From Lactococcus phage PMBT69: a DNA stretch of 24,000 nucleotides. The stretch lies in the sequence record PQ036876.1. One strand, 5' to 3'. The position numbers and the translations under genes were made by a program. Positions 7,412-15,082 of this stretch are shown in pieces. Numbering within the stretch: the stretch's first letter is position 1; each line of letters opens with the position of its first letter. A model generated the notes under the pieces. The model ran no database searches. It worked only from the letters and a program-made list of their open reading frames with translations, and had not been told where the DNA came from.

Positions 7412-7480
7412 ACGGATGTGGTAGTAAGTAACTACAGAGGGTCGCCACCTTTCATGCAGGTTCAAGTCCTGCTGTCCGTG
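7412..7480 (+). tRNA. atypical tRNA-like gene, possible Gly(GCC), D loop lacks GG and position 33 is C
   Basis: ACGGATG/TGTCCGT acceptor; D arm GTAG-TAAGTAA-CTAC; anticodon arm GAGGG-TCGCCAC-CTTTC; T arm GCAGG-TTCAAGT-CCTGC. Confidence 0.5.
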
Positions 7481-7742
7481 TACAGGTATTTATCACTTAT
7501 CAGACCTGAATTGGGGTATTCAACCCCTGAGACTACCAGATAGTGCACACGGTAATGAAGACTGGAAGGAGAATTTAAAGTGACGTCAACTCTAGTACGA
7601 GAATTGGAGAGGTGTAGCCCCATACCACAAGGGGAACAAAAATGGGTTAATTCCAAGGCTGAGTCATTAATTTGACAACGATAAACAGATACAGCAGTAC
7701 GCACTTGTTGATGACAGTGAACGTTAGAAAGTTTATCAAACA

Positions 7743-7816
7743 CAGGGTGTAGCGCAGTTTGGTAGCGCACTGCATTTGGGATGCAGGGGTCGTAGGTTCA
7801 AATCCTACCATCTTGA
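7743..7816 (+). tRNA. tRNA-Pro(TGG)
   Basis: CAGGGTG/CATCTTG acceptor, anticodon arm CTGCA-TTTGGGA-TGCAG, T arm GTAGG-TTCAAAT-CCTAC. Confidence 0.92.
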
Positions 7817-7865
7817 TTCATAAAGTTTTGTGCTTTATGACATAAGGCATCACCTCCTTACAAGT

Positions 7866-7963
7866 TGGTTCATAGCTTAATCGGAAGGAAACGAAAGCGT
7901 GTAGGGTTCGATACCCTACTTAGTGTATGGTACACGATGTCAGTTCGAATCTGACTGAACCAA
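7866..7963 (+). tRNA. tRNA-Ser(CGA)-like, type II, enlarged D loop
   Basis: TGGTTCA/TGAACCA acceptor; anticodon arm GTAGGG-TTCGATA-CCCTAC; variable arm GTGTA-TGG-TACAC; T arm GTCAG-TTCGAAT-CTGAC; D loop ~16 nt. Confidence 0.7.
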
Positions 7964-7996
7964 TAACAATATATTGTTGCGATTAATTTCGTGTAA

Positions 7997-8067
7997 CTCT
8001 TTAGCTTAAAGGTAGAGCGGTTCTCGTGTGGAATGCGTAATGGGTTCAAGTCCTGTTAGGAGTTATT
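7997..8067 (+). tRNA. tRNA-like gene with degenerate anticodon arm, 71 nt
   Basis: AACTCTT/AGGAGTT acceptor, normal D arm GCTTAAAGGTAGAGC, T arm AATGGG-TTCAAGT-CCTGTT; region 8021-8038 GGTTCTCGTGTGGAATGC does not give a 5-bp stem with U33. Confidence 0.6.
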
Positions 8068-8220
8068 AACCGTCATCGGCAAAGTGATTGGTTTAAATTT
8101 GCTAAGGGTTCTCACAATACCCAATAGATATCCACTATAAAGTGAAGAGATATGACAAGAAAAGTACATAATTATGGATAATCGGAGTATGATTAGCTCG
8201 GCACAAAAAATAATCTCTCT

Positions 8221-8294
8221 TGATTGGTAACTCAGTTGGTTAGAGTGTCTGACTGTTAATCAGAAAGTCGTGAGTTCGAGTCTCACCCAATCAG
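8221..8294 (+). tRNA. tRNA-Asn(GTT)
   Basis: TGATTGG/CCAATCA acceptor, anticodon arm TCTGA-CTGTTAA-TCAGA, T arm GTGAG-TTCGAGT-CTCAC. Confidence 0.94.
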
Positions 8295-8350
8295 TTGTTA
8301 GAATATAATTTCTAACATAAAACATTATACAAACAAAGGAGAGATAGTTT

Positions 8351-8824
8351 ATGTCTCAAAACAAAGATGAATGGACAGTATTCACATTGCCTGTTGGTGA
8401 TTGGTCTGATGACGGTCACGGTAAATGTACAGAATATATGTATTCCGTTAACAAAACAAGAGATGAAATCACTAAATCTTACCACAAAACATCTGAATTG
8501 TTAAATATGACATTTGACACTAATGATGGTTGGGGAGTGAAAACACAATTACTATGTGATTATCAAGATGGAAAACTATCAGCAGATGTTGTTAAAGTAT
8601 TGCTTGAAAGAGGGTTTAGCTTTAAACGTTTTGATGACTTTGATAAGGATGACCTTGAACGTAGTATTTGGGTTTACCCAAATGAAGTTCCTGATTTATT
8701 CTTTGAATTTGTTAAAATATCTTTACCAGACTTAGAGTATCAACCAGTACCAGAGAAAAAGAATTATCTCATTGGGTGGAATACAGAATTATCTTTCCAT
8801 TTGGGGTATGGAGTCTTTGACTAA
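8351..8824 (+). CDS. hypothetical protein, 157 aa
   Basis: Intact ORF with aaggagag RBS. Confidence 0.75.
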   Translation: MSQNKDEWTVFTLPVGDWSDDGHGKCTEYMYSVNKTRDEITKSYHKTSELLNMTFDTNDGWGVKTQLLCDYQDGKLSADVVKVLLERGFSFKRFDDFDKDDLERSIWVYPNEVPDLFFEFVKISLPDLEYQPVPEKKNYLIGWNTELSFHLGYGVFD

Positions 8825-8963
8825 TGTTTTATTAATTTTGTTTATTAGTACCTTGTCCGCTTAAGTAGAAATACAGCGCATTAGATAAGGGCATTATTTG
8901 CCAGTGGTGCATCGGTGGGCTTGCCACCGACTAGTGTTTCATGCACGAAGAACAGCCCAACCT

Positions 8964-9034
8964 ATCTACTTAGTGTAGTGGTAACACATCAGATTCCAAC
9001 CCTGATAACGTGGGTTCGATTCCTACAGTAGATG
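8964..9034 (+). tRNA. tRNA-Trp(CCA)
   Basis: ATCTACT/AGTAGAT acceptor, D arm GTGT-AGTGGTA-ACAC, anticodon arm TCAGA-TTCCAAC-CCTGA (one A-C mismatch), T arm GTGGG-TTCGATT-CCTAC. Confidence 0.82.
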
Positions 9035-9258
9035 TTTTATATATGTGCAAATTTCTTGTAAGGGAAATGGTGTTAAATGCGGAAGATGTCCGACAGCTAT
9101 ATAAAAGAATTACACATCTAATCTATGGTCGCCATACCTGATTAGATTAACTAACTCAGCGGTGAAACACGCTCATGGCGAGGTGTAAGTCCGACAAGAT
9201 ATGGTGAGCGGTGTAATAAGTCCATATCACGAGAAGAGTTCGAGTAACTTCTCAATAC

Positions 9259-9330
9259 ACAGGGTGGGTGGCAAGGAGTCACGTTAGCCTCATAAGCTAA
9301 ATAAGAGCGGTTCGATTCCGTTACCCTGAA
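9259..9330 (+). tRNA. tRNA-Met(CAT)-like, mismatched first acceptor pair
   Basis: ACAGGGT/ACCCTGA acceptor (A1-A72 mismatch), D arm GTGG-CAAGGAG-TCAC, anticodon arm TTAGC-CTCATAA-GCTAA, T arm AGCGG-TTCGATT-CCGTT. Confidence 0.78.
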
Positions 9331-9404
9331 TTACAGTGTCCTCCAAGCTAGATGAAACAAAGCTAGTAGGGAACGGCTTAGTCCATTGGTATAGCACTGT
9401 TTTA

Positions 9405-9475
9405 GAGGATGTAGCCAAGCGGTAAGGCTTGATGTTGCAACCATCAGAGCGTGAGTTCGATTCTCACTATCCTCT
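9405..9475 (+). tRNA. tRNA-Cys(GCA)
   Basis: GAGGATG/TATCCTC acceptor, anticodon arm TGATG-TTGCAAC-CATCA, T arm GTGAG-TTCGATT-CTCAC. Confidence 0.92.
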
Positions 9476-9511
9476 CTATTAAAAATAATTATATTTTTAA
9501 GAACTTTATAC

Positions 9512-9540
9512 TTGACAAAAAATTGTTAGTGTGGTATAAT
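9512..9540 (+). promoter_or_regulatory. sigma-A promoter
   Basis: TTGACA 9512-9517, TATAAT 9535-9540. Confidence 0.87.
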
Positions 9541-9570
9541 AGCTACATAAAGTTAATTAAGGAGAACATA

Positions 9571-10236
9571 ATGTCACAAGAAAAAACACTATCAGTACAA
9601 GAGGCACTTAACGAACTCAAAGTTCTTGACTCACGTATCCAACGCAAAGTAGCAAATAGCCGATTCACAGCTGTATCAAGTGATGGAAAAGTTATTAACC
9701 CATCATCAATTCGTGATACACCAGAACAATTTAGCGAAAAAGCTAGTTCTGAAATTCAATCAATTATCTCATTGATTAATTATCGTCATGCTTTAAAAGC
9801 ATCAGTTCTTCAATCAAATGCTGTCACTAAAGTTACTATTGATGGTAAAGAAATGACAGTAGCTCAAGCTATTGATTACAAAACAAGCTCAGAGGCTGAA
9901 ACAAATCTTTTACACACTTTGAGCAATGAGTTTGCGACATCTCAAAAATATGCAGATAACTTCAATTCTAAAGTTGATAAAGAAACTCTTGAAAAAGAGA
10001 ATCAGTTGCTTGGAAATGATAAAAATGCCAAAGAAAGCGAAGCTGTTCTTAAAGTGTTACATGAACAAGCTGAGGCACGCAAAGCACAAGTTCTTTCACC
10101 TAAGTTTAAGGATGGAAAATCTATTACAGATTACATCTCTGATAAAACAGATGAACTTGATAAATTCGCACAGCAAATTGATTTCGCATTAACAGCATCT
10201 AATGTAACAACAAGTGTTACTGTTGAGTGGGATTAA
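9571..10236 (+). CDS. conserved-looking hypothetical protein, 221 aa
   Basis: ATG 9571 behind aaggagaacata; starts MSQEKTLSVQEALNELKVLDSRI; the track start at 9451 lies inside tRNA-Cys. Confidence 0.8.
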   Translation: MSQEKTLSVQEALNELKVLDSRIQRKVANSRFTAVSSDGKVINPSSIRDTPEQFSEKASSEIQSIISLINYRHALKASVLQSNAVTKVTIDGKEMTVAQAIDYKTSSEAETNLLHTLSNEFATSQKYADNFNSKVDKETLEKENQLLGNDKNAKESEAVLKVLHEQAEARKAQVLSPKFKDGKSITDYISDKTDELDKFAQQIDFALTASNVTTSVTVEWD

Positions 10237-10258
10237 TTAATTAAATAAGTTTACATTC

Positions 10259-10566
10259 GTGTTACAACGAACAATCTAAAACTTAGACTTCTGATAGTTT
10301 TCCAGCGATACTTTTAACAGAAGTGAAATAAAAATAAAAAGTGGGTCGCTAAAATATACTTACTAATATTATATGATAGTTTTGGTCAGAGAGAAACTAA
10401 AACAAAAGCTTTATAATTCATATTTTATAGTTTATATTTTAAAGTTTATGCTTTATATATTATATCGTCATAACTTAAGAATTAAGTATCAAATTTTCAT
10501 AAAACCCTAGGTTAACGTTTCTCAACCCTCTATGTGGTTTGATTGTACGCTAGGCTGTTGTAACAC
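10259..10566 (+). other. non-coding segment bounded by a perfect 10-bp inverted repeat, candidate structured RNA or cis element
   Basis: GTGTTACAAC 10259-10268 and GTTGTAACAC 10557-10566; no coding ORF inside. Confidence 0.5.
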
Positions 10567-10575
10567 AAAAATATT

Positions 10576-10605
10576 GAGCCACTCTATGTGGCTCTTATTT
10601 TTTTA
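10576..10605 (+). terminator. Rho-independent terminator
   Basis: GAGCCAC-TCTAT-GTGGCTC followed by TTATTTTTTT. Confidence 0.9.
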
Positions 10606-10615
10606 TACTTAATAC

Positions 10616-10644
10616 TTGACAAATGAAAAAGCATATGATATAAT
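10616..10644 (+). promoter_or_regulatory. sigma-A promoter upstream of the topoisomerase genes
   Basis: TTGACA 10616-10621, TATAAT 10639-10644. Confidence 0.88.
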
Positions 10645-10683
10645 GTGTTATAGTCTTTAAATGAAAGGTAAAGGTAAAAAACA

Positions 10684-12639
10684 TTGACAGAAAAAATTAG
10701 AAAGCTCAGCAACCGTGACCAAGCACGTGAAAAAATTGCGGTATGGTATGGTTCAGCAGATAATTACCAACATGGTCTTAAGGAACTGTTAGCGAATGCA
10801 ACAGATGAAATCATTAACAACTTTGACAATGGAACAATCACAGTTGAACTGAGTGAGGATGGTTCTACTATTACAGTAACAGATACTGGTCGAGGAATCC
10901 CAATCGCAGGTGAAACTGATGAAATAGCAAACTATGAACTATTGTTCTTGACATTGTTTGCAGGAACTAAATATGGTGACAGCGGTGTAACAAATGGAAC
11001 ATACACTGGTTCAAATGGTGTCGGTACAACTGTACTTAACTATACATCCTCTCTTTTTGAGGTAACATCCGTCATTAATGGAACAAAGCATCACATTAAA
11101 TTTACTAATGGTGGTGAGGTTACCGAACCGTTGACAAGTGAACCAACAACAGATACTAATGGAACAACTGTTACATTCTCTTTGGATAAAAGTGTTTATA
11201 CGAATACAACATTTAATGATGATGATGTCCGTGAGATTGCACATCGTTATGCTGTAAGTTCAAACAAAATCACAGTTAAATATAAATATGGTGAGGAAGA
11301 GTCAGTATTTCATTATGGTGACCTCAAAGAATATTATGCTGAATTAACTAACAATGTGAATACAAGTAGAATTGTATTTGGTGATTTGGTAGAATATCAA
11401 GATACAATTACAAGCAATTGGGATAATGGTAAAGAATCTCATGAGGAAAAGACTTCTCTTTCAATTGCATTGTCAACATCAACAGCACCTATTCAAGAAT
11501 CATATCTTAATTTAAACTACCTACCAAATGGTGGTAAAATCAATGAGGGTATTATCAATGGGATTAAATTGTATGTCAACAAATATTGCCGTGCAAACAA
11601 TCTATTTCCTAAGAAGGTGAACTCTTTCTCTGACTCAGATATCATTGAATCATTTAGTTTTGTAGCTGTCATGTTCTCAAACAATGTTGAGTTTGCCAAT
11701 CAAACTAAGTTCTCTACAAATAAAGAACTTTATAAAGATGTGGCTAAACGTAGAGTTACACAAATTTTAGAGGTTCTAGAAATTGAAGACCCTAAAAACT
11801 TTAAAGATATCATTAATCACCTATTGCTTGTTCAAAAAGAGAACACTGTAAATGCTAAGCATAAAGAAAAGCTTAAAAAGAAATTGACTGAAAGAGTTGA
11901 TTCGATGTCAAATCGTATTGATAAACTTGTTGATTCACGTATTCATGGTGAAGAGGCAGAGCTTTATCTTGCAGAGGGTGACTCAGCTCATGGTTCTGTA
12001 GTTTTAGCACGCGATGCTCATTTTCAAGCAAGTATGCCTATGGGTGGTAAATTCTTGAACACAGAAAAAGCATCTAGTATTGAGGCAATCGTAGATAATG
12101 AAACAGTTATGAATGTTATTAAAGCTTTAGGGTGTGGTATTGATTTAGGTAAGAAACAAAAAGATTTACCTAAATTTGATATTACTAAGCTACGCTATGG
12201 TAAGATTATCTGTGCATCCGATGAAGACCCAGATGGCGCTCAAATTCAATGCTTGATTATCACATTGTTCTACAAACTTATGCCAGAAATCATCCGTCAA
12301 GGTAAACTTTACATTGCTCAAACACCTTTGTTTGAAATCAAACTAAAGGATGATAAACTACTTTATGCTTATACAGATGAGCAAAAGGAACGTATCATTA
12401 AAGAAATGGGTAGTAAAGTTGCTCAAATCTCACGTTCAAAAGGTTTGGGTGAATTAGATGCTCATGTTATGGCTGAAACAGCTATGAACCCTGAATCTCG
12501 TCATCTTACACGTGTAAATATTACAGATGCCAAACTTGCTGAACAGGCTATTATAGACTGGATGGGTACAAAAGTAGATAATCGTAAAGAGTTTATCTCA
12601 TATAACCTAAATAAATTTATTTCGGAGGCAATTGACTAA
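10684..12639 (+). CDS. parE: type II topoisomerase subunit B (ParE/GyrB-like), TTG start
   Basis: GHKL ATPase motifs (ELLANATDEI, VTDTGRGIP), TOPRIM EGDSAHGS, GGKFLNTEKA, CASDEDPDGAQIQCL. Confidence 0.93.
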   Translation: MTEKIRKLSNRDQAREKIAVWYGSADNYQHGLKELLANATDEIINNFDNGTITVELSEDGSTITVTDTGRGIPIAGETDEIANYELLFLTLFAGTKYGDSGVTNGTYTGSNGVGTTVLNYTSSLFEVTSVINGTKHHIKFTNGGEVTEPLTSEPTTDTNGTTVTFSLDKSVYTNTTFNDDDVREIAHRYAVSSNKITVKYKYGEEESVFHYGDLKEYYAELTNNVNTSRIVFGDLVEYQDTITSNWDNGKESHEEKTSLSIALSTSTAPIQESYLNLNYLPNGGKINEGIINGIKLYVNKYCRANNLFPKKVNSFSDSDIIESFSFVAVMFSNNVEFANQTKFSTNKELYKDVAKRRVTQILEVLEIEDPKNFKDIINHLLLVQKENTVNAKHKEKLKKKLTERVDSMSNRIDKLVDSRIHGEEAELYLAEGDSAHGSVVLARDAHFQASMPMGGKFLNTEKASSIEAIVDNETVMNVIKALGCGIDLGKKQKDLPKFDITKLRYGKIICASDEDPDGAQIQCLIITLFYKLMPEIIRQGKLYIAQTPLFEIKLKDDKLLYAYTDEQKERIIKEMGSKVAQISRSKGLGELDAHVMAETAMNPESRHLTRVNITDAKLAEQAIIDWMGTKVDNRKEFISYNLNKFISEAID

Positions 12640-12640
12640 C

Positions 12641-14773
12641 ATGAAAACAACAGATAAAGACCTAGAATATATCATTCGAGACAACATGGGTCAGTATTCA
12701 ACATACGTTCTACTTTCTCGTGCAATTCCAGACTTTCGTGATGGATTAAAACCATCATATCGTAGAGCACTATGGGCTATGCGTGAAATGAAAGCAACAC
12801 GTTTCACTAAATCAGCAAACATTGCTGGTGAGGTTATGCGTTATCACCCTCATGGTTCTACTTATCCAACTATGGTAGGTATGGCTCAAAAAGATGCTCA
12901 ATTAAATCCTTTCATTATTGGTAAAGGGAACTTTGGACAACACGCAAGTGAACTTGCATTTGCTAGTGACCGCTATACAGAAATGAAATTATCTGACATT
13001 AGTATTGACATGATGGCAGATGTTAAAAAAGATGGTGTTGATTTCGTAAGTAACTATGATGGAACACGTACTATGCCTGAGGTATTTCCAGTTAAGTATC
13101 CTACCATTCTTGCGTATGCTCAATCTGGTATTGGGGTAGGATTTAGTTCTAGTATTCCATCGTTCAATACAACTGAATTGTGTGAGGCAATTATTAAACG
13201 TATTGAGGATGATGAAAAAACAATGCTAGTTCCAGACTTTGGCACTGGTGCATACATTATTAATGACCCTGATGTTATTAAGTCAATCAATGAGAACGGT
13301 AGTGGCTCAATCAATCAACGTGCTAAAGTTGAGTTAGACAAAGAACATCGTGAAATTATTATCAAAGAGATTCCCTATGGAACTACTAAAGAGAAAATAA
13401 TTGAACGTATCATTAAACTCAATAAAGAGGACAAACTTAAAGAGGTTGTCAAAGTAGAGGACACAAGTGGGTTAAAAGGTCTTGAAATTATTGTCACTGC
13501 TAAACGTGGTGTTGACCTTGAACAATTACTTGAAAAACTCTATCAGATGACACCTATGCAGGCAAGTTATTCTACTAACTTGATGGTTATTAATCGTCAT
13601 GGATTACCTCAAAAAATGGGTGTGTGGGAACTGATTTCAATTTGGTTGGATTGGCGAACAGATACATACCAACGTATGATTAATAAAGATATCTCTACAA
13701 GAAACAAACAGCTAGAGGTATTATATGGTCTTGAGAATATCAAAGATGACCTAGATAAAGTAATCAAAATTATTCGTGCATCAACTGATGACAATGTTAT
13801 CCAGAACCTTGTTGATGAATTTAGTTTAACTAAGTTGCAGGCTGAACGTATTTCTGGATTGAAATTGCGTAATCTTACAACTACATTTATCAAGAAACAA
13901 TTGGAAAGTATCCGCTCTCTTGAAAAAGAAATCAAAGATTTGAAATGGACAGTTGAAAAACCTCAACGTGTTCATAAATTGATTGTTAAAGATATGTATG
14001 AGATTATTAATAATTTTGGTACACCTCGTAAATCACAATTGATTGATAAATCCGTAGTAGCTAAGAAAGCTAAACTTGCCCCAGTAAATACAGTTGATGA
14101 ATATAACGTTAAAGTTATTGCAACTAAAGATGGATACGTTAAGAAAATTCCTTTGACATCATTGCGTGGAAATACTGATATCCAGTTCAAAGATGGTGAC
14201 TTTGCGACAGCAGAAATTGATACTGTAAATAGTGAGGAAATTCTCATCTTTACAAATCAACAGAATGTTTATAAGAAACAGCTTGCAGATTTAAACGATA
14301 CTAAACCAAAAGATTTGGGTAATTATATTCCATCATTGATTGATTTGGATAAAAATGAGAGTATTGTTGGCATTGTTCCTCTCTCAGAGAGCGTACAGAA
14401 CGTTCTCATCGGTTTTGAGGACGGTAAGGTAGCGAAGGTAAGCACTGATGCATACCGTACCTCTACTAAGCGCTCAATGCTGAAAAAGGGTATTGCAGAT
14501 AAAACTGTTCTTTTACTGAAAGGAATTACTGATGATGTAGACTTATTGTCTATCTCAAACAATGGTAAAGCTGTAGTTACAAATACATCAATGATTAATC
14601 CTAAGAGTTCTAAAGCAACTCAAGGTGCAACAAATCAAAAACTTAAAGCTGGTGATGCAATCAAAGAATATCACATTCTTGATGAAACAACAACTATCTC
14701 AGACCCTGAATACTACCGTGTTCAATCAGCAGGAATGGGTAAACTATTTAAAGACAAGGTGAAAACTAAATGA
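12641..14773 (+). CDS. parC: type II topoisomerase subunit A (ParC/GyrA-like)
   Basis: RAIPDFRDGLKPSYRRALWAM, YHPHGSTYPTMVGMAQ, catalytic-Tyr context ASDRYTEMKLS; track start is TTG 12632, ATG 12641 equally possible. Confidence 0.93.
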   Translation: MKTTDKDLEYIIRDNMGQYSTYVLLSRAIPDFRDGLKPSYRRALWAMREMKATRFTKSANIAGEVMRYHPHGSTYPTMVGMAQKDAQLNPFIIGKGNFGQHASELAFASDRYTEMKLSDISIDMMADVKKDGVDFVSNYDGTRTMPEVFPVKYPTILAYAQSGIGVGFSSSIPSFNTTELCEAIIKRIEDDEKTMLVPDFGTGAYIINDPDVIKSINENGSGSINQRAKVELDKEHREIIIKEIPYGTTKEKIIERIIKLNKEDKLKEVVKVEDTSGLKGLEIIVTAKRGVDLEQLLEKLYQMTPMQASYSTNLMVINRHGLPQKMGVWELISIWLDWRTDTYQRMINKDISTRNKQLEVLYGLENIKDDLDKVIKIIRASTDDNVIQNLVDEFSLTKLQAERISGLKLRNLTTTFIKKQLESIRSLEKEIKDLKWTVEKPQRVHKLIVKDMYEIINNFGTPRKSQLIDKSVVAKKAKLAPVNTVDEYNVKVIATKDGYVKKIPLTSLRGNTDIQFKDGDFATAEIDTVNSEEILIFTNQQNVYKKQLADLNDTKPKDLGNYIPSLIDLDKNESIVGIVPLSESVQNVLIGFEDGKVAKVSTDAYRTSTKRSMLKKGIADKTVLLLKGITDDVDLLSISNNGKAVVTNTSMINPKSSKATQGATNQKLKAGDAIKEYHILDETTTISDPEYYRVQSAGMGKLFKDKVKTK

Positions 14774-15039
14774 AAATTATAAAGAACATTTTTATTATGA
14801 TACTAAGTATTCTTTCCACAGGGCTTTGGCTCTGGGCTATCTTTGATAAAGAGATGTTTGCTTGGGGAACATTTCTATCAGCATATACTCTTAGTGACTC
14901 TTTATTTGTGGCTGTCTTTGCTGGATTAATGATGATGATTACTGTTCTATTTTCAGCTTTTGCTGTGATATATCTTATTAGATGGCTAGATATATTCCTT
15001 GATGAAAAAATCGAAAAGTTTATTGTTGACAAACAATAG
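14770..15039 (+). CDS. small membrane protein, 89 aa
   Basis: Hydrophobic segments; start overlaps the ParC-like stop. Confidence 0.65.
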   Translation: MKIIKNIFIMILSILSTGLWLWAIFDKEMFAWGTFLSAYTLSDSLFVAVFAGLMMMITVLFSAFAVIYLIRWLDIFLDEKIEKFIVDKQ

Positions 15040-15054
15040 ATTTTTTGTTATAAT
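15026..15054 (+). promoter_or_regulatory. sigma-A promoter
   Basis: TTGACA 15026-15031, TATAAT 15049-15054. Confidence 0.85.
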
Positions 15055-15082
15055 AGATACATAAAACATTAAGGAGATAGAA

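Noticed and set aside
7593-7602. TAGTACGAGA, a 10-nt match to the 23S sarcin-ricin loop core, considered as a ribotoxin decoy
   Set aside because: The closing base pair and bulged-G context are not reproduced, and a 10-nt match is too weak on its own.
7462-7770. Minus-strand 102-aa ORF
   Set aside because: Antisense across a tRNA-like gene and into tRNA-Pro; no RBS or protein-like features.
6930-9400. Many additional perfect 6-7-bp stems throughout the RNA array
   Set aside because: In roughly 2.5 kb with a 100-nt pairing window, a dozen or more such stems are expected by chance; I gave weight mainly to those with a stacked T arm, longer stems, or multiple nested helices.
9451-9570. N-terminal extension of the ORF called from 9451
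   Set aside because: Starts inside the tRNA-Cys T arm and crosses the promoter at 9512; true start is ATG 9571 with an RBS.
11011-14562. Minus-strand ORFs at 11011, 11517, 13120, 13609, 13972, 14323 and 14766
   Set aside because: All antisense to the topoisomerase operon; no promoter or RBS support.
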